Shown: piece by piece, positions 46,246 through 55,858 of the stretch
Layout: each line of letters opens with the position of its first letter
Numbering within the stretch: position 1 is the stretch's first letter
Assembly: GCA_037045355.1 (NCBI GenBank)
Contig: JBAOHO010000012.1
Coordinates: 239,071 to 303,070 of the forward strand
Direction: 5' to 3'
DNA from: Candidatus Nanopelagicales bacterium
GTDB taxonomy: Bacteria; Actinomycetota; Actinomycetes; S36-B12; GCA-2699445
Length of the DNA: 64,000 bases
Translations under genes and position numbers: made by a program
Notes under the pieces: model-generated
Told to the model about the DNA's origin: nothing
The model's database searches: none
The model's input: the letters and a program-made list of their open reading frames with translations, nothing else

Positions 46246-47550
46246 GTGTCCCTGGATCGCCCCGGTTCGCGTCTGGATCCTTGGATCGGCGCGTACGCCG
46301 AGCGTGCGGCCGGTATGACCGCCTCCGAGATTCGGGCCCTGTTCTCGGTGGCCTCGCGGCCTGAGGTCGTGTCGCTGGCCGGTGGGATGCCTTACGTGGA
46401 GGCATTGCCACTCGACGATCTGGCCGACACCGTCGCGCGCCTGATCCGAGAGCGCGGAGCCACCGCGCTGCAGTACGGCTCAGGACAAGGAGACGTGATC
46501 CTGCGCGAACAGATCCTCGACGTCATGTCGGATGTCGGCGTGATCGCACACCCCGACGATGTCATCGTGACCACCGGCTCGCAGATGGCGCTCGACCTTG
46601 TGGTGCGCGTGTTCTGCAACCCCGGTGACGTCGTGTTGGTCGAGGCTCCGAGCTATGTGGGGGCGCTCGGCATCTTCCGGTCCTACGAAGTCGACGTCGT
46701 CCACGTTCCGATGGACGACCAGGGCCTGGTGCCGGAGGCGTTGGCCGAGGCGATCACCGCGGTGCGGGCCTCCGGCCGCACGCCCAAGATGATCTATACG
46801 ATCCCGTCGTTCCACAATCCGGCCGGCATCACCCAGCCCGCGCAACGCCGCAAGGAGGTCCTCGACGTCGCGATTCGGGAGAACCTCCTGGTGCTCGAAG
46901 ACGATCCGTACGCCCTACTCGGATTCGATGGAACTGTTCCCCGGGCGATGCGCGCGGATGACTCCGAACAGGTCGTCTACCTGGGTTCGTTTTCGAAGAC
47001 CCTCGCGTCCGGTTTGCGGGTCGGGTGGGCAGTCGCGCCCCATGGGGTGCGCGAGAAGCTGGTGCTGGCCGCTGAGGCAGCGGTGTTGTGTCCCTCCAAC
47101 TTCACCCAGGGAATTGTGTCGGAGTTCCTCGCCACCCAACCGTGGCGCCGGCAGGTCGACGTGTTCCGGGGTGTGTATCGGGAGCGCCGTGATGCCCTGC
47201 TGGAGACGCTGACCGCGCAGATGCCTCCCGGCACCACCTGGACCGAGCCGGCGGGCGGCTTCTATTCGTGGCTGACTTTGCCCGAGGGTCTCGATGCGAC
47301 TGCCATGTTGCCGCGCGCGGTGAGTGCGCTGGTCGCCTACGTCCCTGGGACCGGGTTCTTCACGGACGGACAGGGTCGACGCAACCTGAGGCTGTCGTAC
47401 TGCTATCCCGAGCCGGACCGGATCCGCGAGGGCGTGCGGCGGCTGGCCACGGTCATGGAGGCCGAGTTGGAGATCGGACAGACGTTCGGGACTGCTTCGA
47501 CGCTGCACCACCCCAGCGGCAGCGACACGCCGGGCCCCGATCTGGCCTGA
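46246..47550 (+). CDS. PLP-dependent aminotransferase (class I/II fold)
   Basis: In-frame GTG 46246 follows gaggag. ...VSLAGGMPYVEALP..., YGSGQG, and the SFSKTLASGLRVGW PLP-lysine motif. Confidence 0.85.
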   Translation: MSLDRPGSRLDPWIGAYAERAAGMTASEIRALFSVASRPEVVSLAGGMPYVEALPLDDLADTVARLIRERGATALQYGSGQGDVILREQILDVMSDVGVIAHPDDVIVTTGSQMALDLVVRVFCNPGDVVLVEAPSYVGALGIFRSYEVDVVHVPMDDQGLVPEALAEAITAVRASGRTPKMIYTIPSFHNPAGITQPAQRRKEVLDVAIRENLLVLEDDPYALLGFDGTVPRAMRADDSEQVVYLGSFSKTLASGLRVGWAVAPHGVREKLVLAAEAAVLCPSNFTQGIVSEFLATQPWRRQVDVFRGVYRERRDALLETLTAQMPPGTTWTEPAGGFYSWLTLPEGLDATAMLPRAVSALVAYVPGTGFFTDGQGRRNLRLSYCYPEPDRIREGVRRLATVMEAELEIGQTFGTASTLHHPSGSDTPGPDLA

Positions 47551-47672
47551 TACCCGGCGATCACGGGCCGGTCTCCGCACTGATCAGTTGCCATCCCGAA
47601 TCGGGGCCCGGGTGAATCCCTGATCCGATCCGGGGGCCGGATCGCCGGGGGGTCAGTGACACAATCGGCGTC

Positions 47673-48632
47673 ATGCCCGACTCCTCGCCGACCGTTCTGG
47701 TCCTGTGCGGGGGCCTGTCCCCCGAACGTGACGTGTCCATCCGGTCTGGCCGCCGCGTGGCCGAGGCCCTGCGTGGTCAAGGGATGGCGGTCACCGTCTC
47801 AGATGTCGACGCCCAACTGTTGGGCAAGCTGAACGACGGGCCCCCCGACTGTGTGCTCCCGTTGTTGCATGGCGCTGCGGGGGAGGACGGCGCCTTGGCC
47901 GATGTCCTCACCACTTTCGGTCTGCCCTACGTCGGCTCCCCGCCCGACGCCACCCGTATCGCCTTCGACAAGAGTGTGGCCAAGGCCGCGCTCCGACGGT
48001 GGGAGTTGGCGACCCCGGGGTCCGTGGCGCTGCCCCACACGATGTTCCGCGAACTGGGTGCGAACCAGCTTCTCGAGCGGGTCGTCGAGCGTCTGGGGCT
48101 GCCCTTGGTGGTCAAGCCCACGCGGGGGGGCTCATCGCTCGGGGCGGCTGTCGTGCACGACCCATCCGAACTCCCGGCCGCGATGGTGGGAGCGTTCGCC
48201 TACGGCGACGTGGCGCTGATCGAGCAGTGTGTCGTCGGCACCGAGGTGGCCGTGTCCATCATCGACACCGAGTCCGGTCCGATCGCGCTGCCCCCAGTCG
48301 AGATCGTTCCCGATGGTGGGTTCTACGACTACAACGCCCGGTACACGGCCGGGCTGACCGAGTTCTTCTGCCCCGCGCGGATCAGCGAACCCGTGTCCCG
48401 CGCGGCCTGCGATCTGGCACTCGAGGTCCACCGCCGGATCGGCCTGAGGGACTACTCGCGGGTCGACCTGATGATCGATGCATCCGATCGACCGACCTTC
48501 CTGGAGGTCAACATGGCTCCCGGAATGACGGAGACATCGTTGTTCCCGCAGGCGCTCGACGCAGCCTCGCGGGACCTGGGAACAGTCTTCGCCGCCTTGG
48601 TCCGCACCGCGATTGCCCGCGGTTCCCGATAA
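47673..48632 (+). CDS. ddl: D-alanine--D-alanine ligase
   Basis: 319 aa: VLVLCGGLSPERDVSIRSG..., LPLLHGAAGEDGALADVLTTFGLPYVGS, VVKPTRGGSSLG, LEVNMAPGMTETSLFP. Confidence 0.92.
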   Translation: MPDSSPTVLVLCGGLSPERDVSIRSGRRVAEALRGQGMAVTVSDVDAQLLGKLNDGPPDCVLPLLHGAAGEDGALADVLTTFGLPYVGSPPDATRIAFDKSVAKAALRRWELATPGSVALPHTMFRELGANQLLERVVERLGLPLVVKPTRGGSSLGAAVVHDPSELPAAMVGAFAYGDVALIEQCVVGTEVAVSIIDTESGPIALPPVEIVPDGGFYDYNARYTAGLTEFFCPARISEPVSRAACDLALEVHRRIGLRDYSRVDLMIDASDRPTFLEVNMAPGMTETSLFPQALDAASRDLGTVFAALVRTAIARGSR

Positions 48633-48669
48633 CTGCCTGCGGACCGCGCCATGGGGGATCTCTGCGGGT

Positions 48670-49638
48670 TCAGTCCCGGGGCTCGGTGAGGATCTGGTCG
48701 ACGATGCGCGCCAGGTCATCGACGCCGCCGAACTCCACGACGATGCGGCCCTTGCCCGACCCGCCTTCGATTCGGACCCGCGTCTCGAGCCGGTCCGCCA
48801 AGCGGTCCGCCGCCTCGCGGTACTCCACGGGGGTTCGGGTCTTGCGGGAGCGACGCTTCTTGGCGTCGGGGGCAGCGTCATCGACCAGCACGAGCTCCTC
48901 GACGGCGCGCACGCTCAGCCCCTCAGCGACGACGCGCATGGCCAGTTGTTCCATCCGATCGGCATCACCGGCTGCCAGGATCGCCCGTGCGTGTCCGGCA
49001 CTCAGCACCCCGGCCGCGACCCGACGCTGAACTGTCGGAGGCAACTTGAGCAAGCGCAAAGTGTTGGCCACCTGCGGACGCGAGCGCCCCACCCGCTGCG
49101 CCAACTCCTCCTGGGTACAGTCGAAGTCGGACATGAGCTGGGAGTAGGCAGCCGCCTCCTCGAGAGGATTCAACTGGACCCGGTGGAGGTTCTCCAGCAG
49201 CGCATCGCGCAGCATGACGTCGTCATCGGTCTGACGGATCAGGGCCGGGATCCGGGTGAGGCCGGCCAATCGCCCGGCGCGCAAGCGACGCTCGCCCGCG
49301 ACGAGTTCGAAGCCTTGCTCGGCTGGGCGCACCACGATCGGTTGGAGCAGCCCGACCGTGGTGATGCTCTGCACGAGTTCGCTGATCGCGTCGTCGTCGA
49401 AGACCTGCCGTGGTTGCCGCGGGTTGGGGACGACCTGATCGAGGGGGATCTCTCGGTACTGCAGTCCCGCCGCCGACTCGGTCATCGGCTCCTCACGCAC
49501 TGCCGGGGGCGTTGGACGTAGGTCGATGACCTTCTCGGTCGCTGGTGTCGATCCCTCGGCGACCACGACTGGCACCGAGACTCCTCCGCTCGGGATCAGC
49601 GCCCCGAGGCCCTTTCCGAGTCCGCGTCGTTGTGTCAT
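48670..49638 (-). CDS. parB: chromosome partitioning protein ParB
   Basis: In-frame ATG 49638: MTQRRGLGKGLGALIP..., NPRQPRQVFD, GLLQPIVVRP, ELVAGERRLRA. Confidence 0.93.
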   Translation of the reverse strand: MTQRRGLGKGLGALIPSGGVSVPVVVAEGSTPATEKVIDLRPTPPAVREEPMTESAAGLQYREIPLDQVVPNPRQPRQVFDDDAISELVQSITTVGLLQPIVVRPAEQGFELVAGERRLRAGRLAGLTRIPALIRQTDDDVMLRDALLENLHRVQLNPLEEAAAYSQLMSDFDCTQEELAQRVGRSRPQVANTLRLLKLPPTVQRRVAAGVLSAGHARAILAAGDADRMEQLAMRVVAEGLSVRAVEELVLVDDAAPDAKKRRSRKTRTPVEYREAADRLADRLETRVRIEGGSGKGRIVVEFGGVDDLARIVDQILTEPRD

Positions 49639-49751
49639 GTTCTTCCCTTCGTCCCGGGGCGTTCTGTTGTGTCGTCGCGAGTCGTGTGGCCGTTCGTGCT
49701 CTGTCCGGATGCCCGCATCATGAGCGAGGAGCGTCCGTTTAATCCGGTATG

Positions 49752-50852
49752 TCATGGAATGTTCGTAATGTCTGTTACATGGGTGTCAGGGACGTCCGCC
49801 TCAGCGACCGGTTCTGCGGTATCGGACGCTATGGACTCGTCGGCGGACGCGGACCGGGCCGCACTCTCGACCGTCACCGGCGATTGTCCGGTCGCGAACT
49901 CTCGGGCTGCGGCCAGGTACGCGCGCGCACCCGGGGACTGAGGGTCGTACTGGAGCACCGTCTGACCGTAGGACGGAGCCTCGCTGACCCGCACCGTGCG
50001 CGGGATGGTCGTGTCGAGGACTCGATCAGGGAAGTGTGTGCGGACCTCGTCGGCGACCTGAGGCGCCAGCTTTGTACGGCCGTCGTACATCGTCAATAGG
50101 ATCCCGGTAATTGTCAGGCCGGGGTTCAAGTGCTCCTGGATCAGACCGATGGTGCCCAACAGGTGCGACAACCCCTCGAGTGCGTAGTACTCACTCTGCA
50201 GGGGAATCAGGACCTCTTGCGCGGCGACCAAGGCGTTGAGGGTCAGCAGCCCCAGGCTGGGTGGACAGTCGATGATGACGTAGTCAAGGCGATCGTGTGC
50301 GGTCTCGTGCTCGGAGAGGTAGGTCTGCACCGCTTTGTGCAGCCGGTTCTCGCGCGCGACCTGGCTCACCAACTCGATCTCGGCGCCGGCCAGGTCGACT
50401 GACGCGGGCACTCCCCAGAGTTCCGGCAGACCCGGAACTACCTGAACAGCGTCCAGTAGTGACTTGCCCCCCACGAGCACCTCATACGTACCGGTGACAC
50501 CGGACTCATGGGGCAGATCCAAGGCGGTGGAGGCGTTGCCCTGCGGATCCATGTCGATCACCAGAACGCGTTGTCCCAGCAATGTCAGGGCCGCTGCCAG
50601 ATTGACGGCAGTCGTTGTCTTGCCGACACCGCCCTTCTGATTGGCGACCGCGACGAGGCGAGTACCTGCCGGCCGAGGCAGAGGTTCGGATTCAGTCAGA
50701 CCGAGGGCCTTGATCATGCGTTGCCGGGCGATCACCTCCGGGTCGGGCTGCGGTAGCGGTGTTTCACGTGAAACAGTCGGAGTTTCGTCAGACACGGGCA
50801 CTGGAGCCACGCATGTTCCCAGCGGGGGAACCACTTCCCACGTTCCAGCCAC
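49752..50852 (-). CDS. parA: chromosome partitioning ATPase ParA (Soj) with N-terminal extension
   Basis: VAVANQKGGVGKTTTAVNLAA (deviant Walker A). The N-terminal extension contains VSRET, which is encoded by the parS palindrome, as in mycobacterial ParA. Confidence 0.92.
   Translation of the reverse strand: MAGTWEVVPPLGTCVAPVPVSDETPTVSRETPLPQPDPEVIARQRMIKALGLTESEPLPRPAGTRLVAVANQKGGVGKTTTAVNLAAALTLLGQRVLVIDMDPQGNASTALDLPHESGVTGTYEVLVGGKSLLDAVQVVPGLPELWGVPASVDLAGAEIELVSQVARENRLHKAVQTYLSEHETAHDRLDYVIIDCPPSLGLLTLNALVAAQEVLIPLQSEYYALEGLSHLLGTIGLIQEHLNPGLTITGILLTMYDGRTKLAPQVADEVRTHFPDRVLDTTIPRTVRVSEAPSYGQTVLQYDPQSPGARAYLAAAREFATGQSPVTVESAARSASADESIASDTAEPVAEADVPDTHVTDITNIP
50760..50775. promoter_or_regulatory. 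parS: parS site (perfect TGTTTCACGTGAAACA)
   Basis: Exact 16-bp palindrome matching the ParB-binding consensus, inside the parA 5' coding region. Confidence 0.9.
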
Positions 50853-50893
50853 AGCACCCTCCCGGTCGAGATTCCCGGCGTCGAGAGTTCAGG

Positions 50894-51499
50894 TTAGGTG
50901 CTGCGGACGTGATACCGAACGACTGTCGTCGGCGGGTTGACAATCTCGCCACCCACCTGGAGGACCTCAGGATCGGTCAGGCCCAACCGGTCGGCCACCT
51001 CCGCGGCCGCTGCCACCTCTTGGGCAGCCATCCGACCCTTGAAAGCCACGACCGTCCCCCGGGTCAGTGGCGCCAACCAGGGCAGAAGTCGGGGCAGTGG
51101 CGCCACGGCACGGGCTGTTGCTACGTCGAACTCACCGGTCGGCAGATCTTCGGCGCGGGAACGCACCACCGAGACGCGGGCCCCCAACCCCAGGTGCGCA
51201 ACGAGTTCGGACAAGAAGGTGGCCCGGCGTTGGAGGGACTCCACGCACGAGACCCTCAGATCGGGACGGGCGACCGCCCAGACCACCCCGGGCAACCCGG
51301 CTCCGGATCCCACATCCACCACACGCGCGGATGCCGGGACCAAGGTGTTGTCCCACGCCACGACCGCGCAGTTGAGGATGTGCCGATCCCACAGGCGGTC
51401 TGCCTCACGGGGACCGATCAGTCCCCGTTCTATGCCGGGACCGGCGAGGAACTGCTCGAGCTCGCGCAGCCCTTCTGTTTCACGTGAAACAGCGCTCAC
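50894..51499 (-). CDS. rsmG: 16S rRNA (guanine527-N7)-methyltransferase RsmG (GidB)
   Basis: 201 aa: RLWDRHILNCAVV..., VVDVGSGAGLPGVVWAVARPDL. The GTG start overlaps the jag stop (GTGA). Confidence 0.9.
   Translation of the reverse strand: MSAVSRETEGLRELEQFLAGPGIERGLIGPREADRLWDRHILNCAVVAWDNTLVPASARVVDVGSGAGLPGVVWAVARPDLRVSCVESLQRRATFLSELVAHLGLGARVSVVRSRAEDLPTGEFDVATARAVAPLPRLLPWLAPLTRGTVVAFKGRMAAQEVAAAAEVADRLGLTDPEVLQVGGEIVNPPTTVVRYHVRST
51476..51491. promoter_or_regulatory. parS: parS site (perfect TGTTTCACGTGAAACA)
   Basis: Second exact copy, inside rsmG codons 3-8 (again encoding VSRET). Confidence 0.9.
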
Positions 51500-52287
51500 G
51501 CCGGCGTGATCACCACGTAGCGATTCGGGTCGGTGCCTTCGCTCTCGCTGGCCAGGCCCGCCGCAGCGACAGCGTCGTGCACCACCTTCCGCTCGAACGC
51601 GCTCATAGCGGGCATCCGCACCGGCTGCGCACTGTCACGAGCTTCCGTGATCGCATCCTGGGCCTGTCTCGTCAGCTCGGCGCGTCGGGTGGCGCGATGT
51701 CCGGCGATGTCGAGCATCAGCCGCGACCGGTGACCGGTTTCTCGGGCGACTGCGAGTCGGGTCAGGTCCTGCAGCGCCGTCAGGACCTTCCCGCGATCGC
51801 CGACCAGATGGGCCAAGTCGCCCTCGTTCACCTCGATCACCGCAACAGCCGGCCGGTCGTTCTCGACGCTGATGTCGATATCGCCGTCCAGGTCGGCGAT
51901 ATCCAGCAGGCCCTCGAGGTAATCGGCGGCCACCTCGCCCTCATCCACCAACTCGGTACTGTCGTCCGACTCGGCGCCCTGGTCCGACACGGCCGCCTGG
52001 TCCGGCTGTGCGGTCCCCGCTGCAGCCTCAGGCTCGCCCTCCGAATCCGCGCCGCCGGACTGCGCAACCGCGTCGTCCCCGATCGCCTCACTGCCCGACT
52101 CAGCGTGCCCGGGACCGGCGGACTCCGAAGGTTCGTGATCCACAACGGGCACGGTTCCGCCGCTGGGAGTGTCCGGAGTACTCGCGCTGTCCGGACCGTT
52201 TGGACCGTCTGGACTGTCTGAATTGTCAGAGTTATCCGGAATATCCCCTTGGTGAACTGGGGAAGTTTCGTGGGCTTCCTGGGTCAT
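51496..52287 (-). CDS. jag: Jag/KhpB-type R3H domain RNA-binding protein with acidic low-complexity N-terminus
   Basis: C-terminal KH/R3H region: LVGDRGKVLTALQDLTRLAV... and MSAFERKVVHDAVAAAGLASESEGTDPNRYVVI. Position between yidC and rsmG. Confidence 0.85.
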   Translation of the reverse strand: MTQEAHETSPVHQGDIPDNSDNSDSPDGPNGPDSASTPDTPSGGTVPVVDHEPSESAGPGHAESGSEAIGDDAVAQSGGADSEGEPEAAAGTAQPDQAAVSDQGAESDDSTELVDEGEVAADYLEGLLDIADLDGDIDISVENDRPAVAVIEVNEGDLAHLVGDRGKVLTALQDLTRLAVARETGHRSRLMLDIAGHRATRRAELTRQAQDAITEARDSAQPVRMPAMSAFERKVVHDAVAAAGLASESEGTDPNRYVVITPA

Positions 52288-52295
52288 GGTGTCTC

Positions 52296-53267
52296 CTAGT
52301 TGCTGCTGGAGGTCTGGTCGGGCGAGGCGCCGGGGCCCCGTTTGCGTTGACTGCGCGACTGCCGCTTGGGCTGCGCTCGTTTCACAGGTGCCGCGGGCGG
52401 GGGGGCCAAGGCCTCCTCCACGGTGGCGATCTCGCCGCGCTTCACGGCTTTGCGTGCCTCTTTCTCAGCCTTGCGGGCTTCCCATGCCTCGTAGGCGGGG
52501 GTGTTCGGTTGGGGGTTGTTGCGGATCACGTAGAACTGCTGCCCCATCGACCACAGGTTCGTGGTGAACCAGTAGATGAGGACACCCACGGGGAAGTTGA
52601 TGCCCCCGATGGCGAACATGAACGGGAAGACGTAGAGCAGGATCTTCTGCTGGCGCACGATCGGGTTGTCGTCGGACATGTTCTTCACGATCAACTGGCG
52701 TTGGGTGAGGAACGTCGTCGCCGTCATGGCGATGATCAGGATGACGGTCAGAATGCGGGTGTTAATGGGGTTCGGGGTCTCGGCCGCGCCGAGGAACGTC
52801 CCGTACAACGGGACCCCGAAGATGGTCGCCTCACGCGCTTGCTGAAACAGGTCCGCGTACTGCTCCCACTTGAACACCCCCTCGGGAGTGTTCGTGGCGA
52901 TACCCTGCAGCACACTGAACAGCGCGAAGAAGATCGGCATCTGCAGCAGGATCGGCAGGCAGGACGACAAGGGGTTGGTACCGGTTTCCCGGTACAGCTT
53001 CATCATCTCCTGCGACTGGCGCTCTCGGTCGCCGGCGTACTTCTTCTGGATTTCCTTGATCTGCGGCTGGATCAGCTGCATGTTGCGCTGAGCCTTGATC
53101 TGCTTGACGAACAGCGGGATCAGCAGAATCCGGATGACGACGACGAGACCGACGATCGACAGCGCCCAGGCCCATCCGCTCGCCTCTCCGAAGATGGCGC
53201 CGAACAGGCTGTGGAACTGGACGAGGATCCACGAGACGGCAGTGCGCAGCCAGTCCAGTATGAACAC
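52296..53267 (-). CDS. yidC: membrane protein insertase YidC
   Basis: 323 aa: ILLIPLFVKQIKAQRNMQLIQPQIKEIQKKYAGDRERQSQEMMKLYRETGTNPLSSCLPILLQMPIFFALF. Confidence 0.93.
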   Translation of the reverse strand: MFILDWLRTAVSWILVQFHSLFGAIFGEASGWAWALSIVGLVVVIRILLIPLFVKQIKAQRNMQLIQPQIKEIQKKYAGDRERQSQEMMKLYRETGTNPLSSCLPILLQMPIFFALFSVLQGIATNTPEGVFKWEQYADLFQQAREATIFGVPLYGTFLGAAETPNPINTRILTVILIIAMTATTFLTQRQLIVKNMSDDNPIVRQQKILLYVFPFMFAIGGINFPVGVLIYWFTTNLWSMGQQFYVIRNNPQPNTPAYEAWEARKAEKEARKAVKRGEIATVEEALAPPPAAPVKRAQPKRQSRSQRKRGPGASPDQTSSSN

Positions 53268-53371
53268 GGGCGAACTCCAGGCGAGCAGGGTGTGCCGTCC
53301 AGTGTGACTGCCGAATGAAGGAGACGGTGACCCGGGGTCACCCCTCGCCGCTCAGCGACCGGACGTCAGGG

Positions 53372-54514
53372 TCACGACGATGTTCCCTGACCCACCGGGG
53401 CCGGGTCAACTCCCGCCACAGCAGCCTCGCCGTGAACCTGCGAGTCTTTCGTCCGCGACGTCCACCAGGCGACGATCCACCCGGTCACCGCCAGCACGGC
53501 AGCCGCCACCAGCATCGCCTGGAGGGGCACCACCAGCACCGACAAGACCACCGCGATCACGCCGATCAAGAGCGCGCTGAAAACGGGGTGCCGCCAGAAT
53601 CCGGGGGGACCGGCAGGAGTATCCGCGTACGCCTGCAAGGCGCTGTACACGCTGCGGTACTGCACCACAGCGGACGCCACAACAACCAGCGAGAGCACCA
53701 CACACAACACAGCACCTGGCAGCAGCGACCCGAACCCGACGTAGCCTGCGACGATCGCCAGCGAGAACGACGGCAGCGACATCGACCCGCCATTGAACGA
53801 CAGCAATGCCACGAGGGCCACCAGCATGAGCACACCCGTCACGATGGTTCCCGCCACGATGGACCCACCCTCGCTGCGGATCTCCCGCAGTGCCGGGTTC
53901 GAGGCGGCCAGCACGAAGGTAACCAAACAGGACAGCCACGCTCCAGTGGACTGGGCGGCCGGCACGAGTGGATCAGCCAGAGTTGCGGGTGCACCCGCTA
54001 TTCCCCCGATTGCGACCAGCACGAGGAACAAGACCAGCGCAATGACCGTTCCGGTGGAGACGATGCCCCGCTGCGCCGCCCCTCCGATCGCCGCGGCGAC
54101 CGCGGCGACTGCGATGACGACCGCCACCGCCTCAGGACTGAGCAGTTCGAGAGGAGCCACGGCGCTGGCGCCCCAGCGCACCACCCCTGATCCCAGGACC
54201 ACCGCGACCGCGGCGGCACAAAGCATCTGCCACCCCGCCGCGACCCAGTGATCCCGCGGCAACGTCAGGCTCGCTGGTCCGATCAGGGACGCGAGCATGC
54301 CGAGAACCACCGATACGGTCATGGCGAGGGCCGTGGTCAGGGTCCACCCACCGGCCGCGAAGAACGTTCCGGATACCGCGACCACCGGCAAACCGGCCAT
54401 GAACGTGCGCATCCAAGTGCGCGGTACGGTCTGCTTGCCCGTGAGTCCGACGAGGGCCACCACTCCCATGGCCACTGCGATCAACGCGCTGATCATGCCG
54501 TCACCACCCCACAC
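53372..54514 (-). CDS. polytopic membrane protein of unknown function (about 11-12 TM), inserted between yidC and yidD
   Basis: 380-aa Ala/Val/Leu/Gly-rich ORF. Its start overlaps the end of the upstream lipase-like gene. I did not recognise any family. Confidence 0.65.
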   Translation of the reverse strand: MWGGDGMISALIAVAMGVVALVGLTGKQTVPRTWMRTFMAGLPVVAVSGTFFAAGGWTLTTALAMTVSVVLGMLASLIGPASLTLPRDHWVAAGWQMLCAAAVAVVLGSGVVRWGASAVAPLELLSPEAVAVVIAVAAVAAAIGGAAQRGIVSTGTVIALVLFLVLVAIGGIAGAPATLADPLVPAAQSTGAWLSCLVTFVLAASNPALREIRSEGGSIVAGTIVTGVLMLVALVALLSFNGGSMSLPSFSLAIVAGYVGFGSLLPGAVLCVVLSLVVVASAVVQYRSVYSALQAYADTPAGPPGFWRHPVFSALLIGVIAVVLSVLVVPLQAMLVAAAVLAVTGWIVAWWTSRTKDSQVHGEAAVAGVDPAPVGQGTSS

Positions 54515-55800
54515 AATCGCCGGTCACCGGTTCTCCCGCGAATCGCTCCGCGAACCAATCGAGATACTGACTGCGAGCGGTGTACTGCACCGACCGGTGC
54601 ACGTCGTTGGGGAACTCCTGCAGTTGTATCGAGTTTCCGAGAGCGCAACCCTGGATGGCCATCGCGCGGCTCAACTGCGGTACGACGCTGGTGTCGGCGG
54701 CTCCCTGCTGGACCAAGATCGGGATCGACGTCGTCCCCAGCAACGGTTGCTCCATCGCTGGGATCTTGGCCACGCTCAGTGGCACCGAACGATTGAAGTA
54801 GGTGTGGAAGGTCTGGTCGAGAGCCTTCAACTGGGCGCCTTGGCACAGGTCGTACGCCGCAGGGATGTCCGTCATTCCCTGCGGGGTGTACCAGTACTCC
54901 GGTTTCGACAACTCGGGGAAGGTCGCGTTCCACGACGCCGTCAGGTCCGTGAGGTACCCACTGCGCGGGGTGGGGCCGTCGTCACCTGTGGAGCCGAGCA
55001 GAGCTCTGAATCGCCGCCGGGAACGGGGGCACTCCACCGGGAGCCTGCGCAATCGACCCGCGGATCGCCAACTCGGGAGCGTAGTCCGGTGCCATGTCGG
55101 CGGTCGTCAGCGCGACGAATCCCCCTTCGCTGTGCCCGAGGACCCCGAGGCTGCCGCTGTCGAGCATCTGGGGTCGGAATTCGAGCGCAGCGCGCAGACT
55201 GTCGAGCACGTCGTAGGACTGCTTACGCAGCAGGTACGTGTAGGTGCCGGGTGCGCCCATTCCCTCGTAGTCCGTGGCCACAACGGCGTAACCGGCGCCG
55301 ACCATGGGACTCATCAACGTCCGCCAGTACTCGTTGCCAGCGGTCTCATTGGTGAACGGGGCCTGCGACATGCCGCAGGACCGGCCCACGCCTGTGGTGC
55401 CGTGCGCGAAGGCGACCAGGGGATACCGGCTCCCGGTCGGCGGTGGTGTGGTGGGCTCCAGATAGAGCCCCGAGATGGTGATCGGATCGCCCGCGTTGTT
55501 GCGCGACAAGTACAGCAACCGCCATGCGGACACTCCCTCAGGAGCGTCTTTGATCGGCTCGGAGCGCAGCACTGTCCCTGGCGGCTCGTCCGGCAAAGTG
55601 TCCGGCGGGTCGTAGAAGGACGTCGGCTCCACACCTTTGGCGGCGCTGAACGGGGTTTGGGTGGCTGCTGTGGTGTTCCCGCCCGCCAGGGTTTGGTCCG
55701 GTGTCCCGGCGGTGAGGTTGAGCAGGACGGCTGCCAGTACCGTCACCACCGCGACGACGAGAACAGTGAGCACCTTGTGATGCGGCTGCATGCCCGGCAT
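54501..55800 (-). pseudogene. LIP-family/alpha-beta hydrolase (secretory lipase-like), frame broken near 55005
   Basis: ORF 54982..55800 has a signal anchor, PLVAFAHGTTG, GYAVVATDYEGMG, and the GVLGHSEGGFVAL nucleophile elbow, ending ...PFPAAIQ. It continues in ORF 54501..55052 as ALLGSTGDDGPTPRSGYLTDL... One extra base explains the break. Confidence 0.75.
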
Positions 55801-55858
55801 TGTTGCGGCTCACCGAGTGGTTAGCGCGGTGAACGGGATCGGAAACTCCGCTCAGCCG

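Noticed and set aside
52008-53318. 436-aa plus-strand ORF
   Set aside because: It is antisense to jag and yidC, both of which are strongly supported.
53372-55800. Horizontal-transfer island between yidD and yidC
   Set aside because: There is no integrase or transposase, no flanking direct repeats or tRNA, and composition and codon style look like the neighbouring genes.
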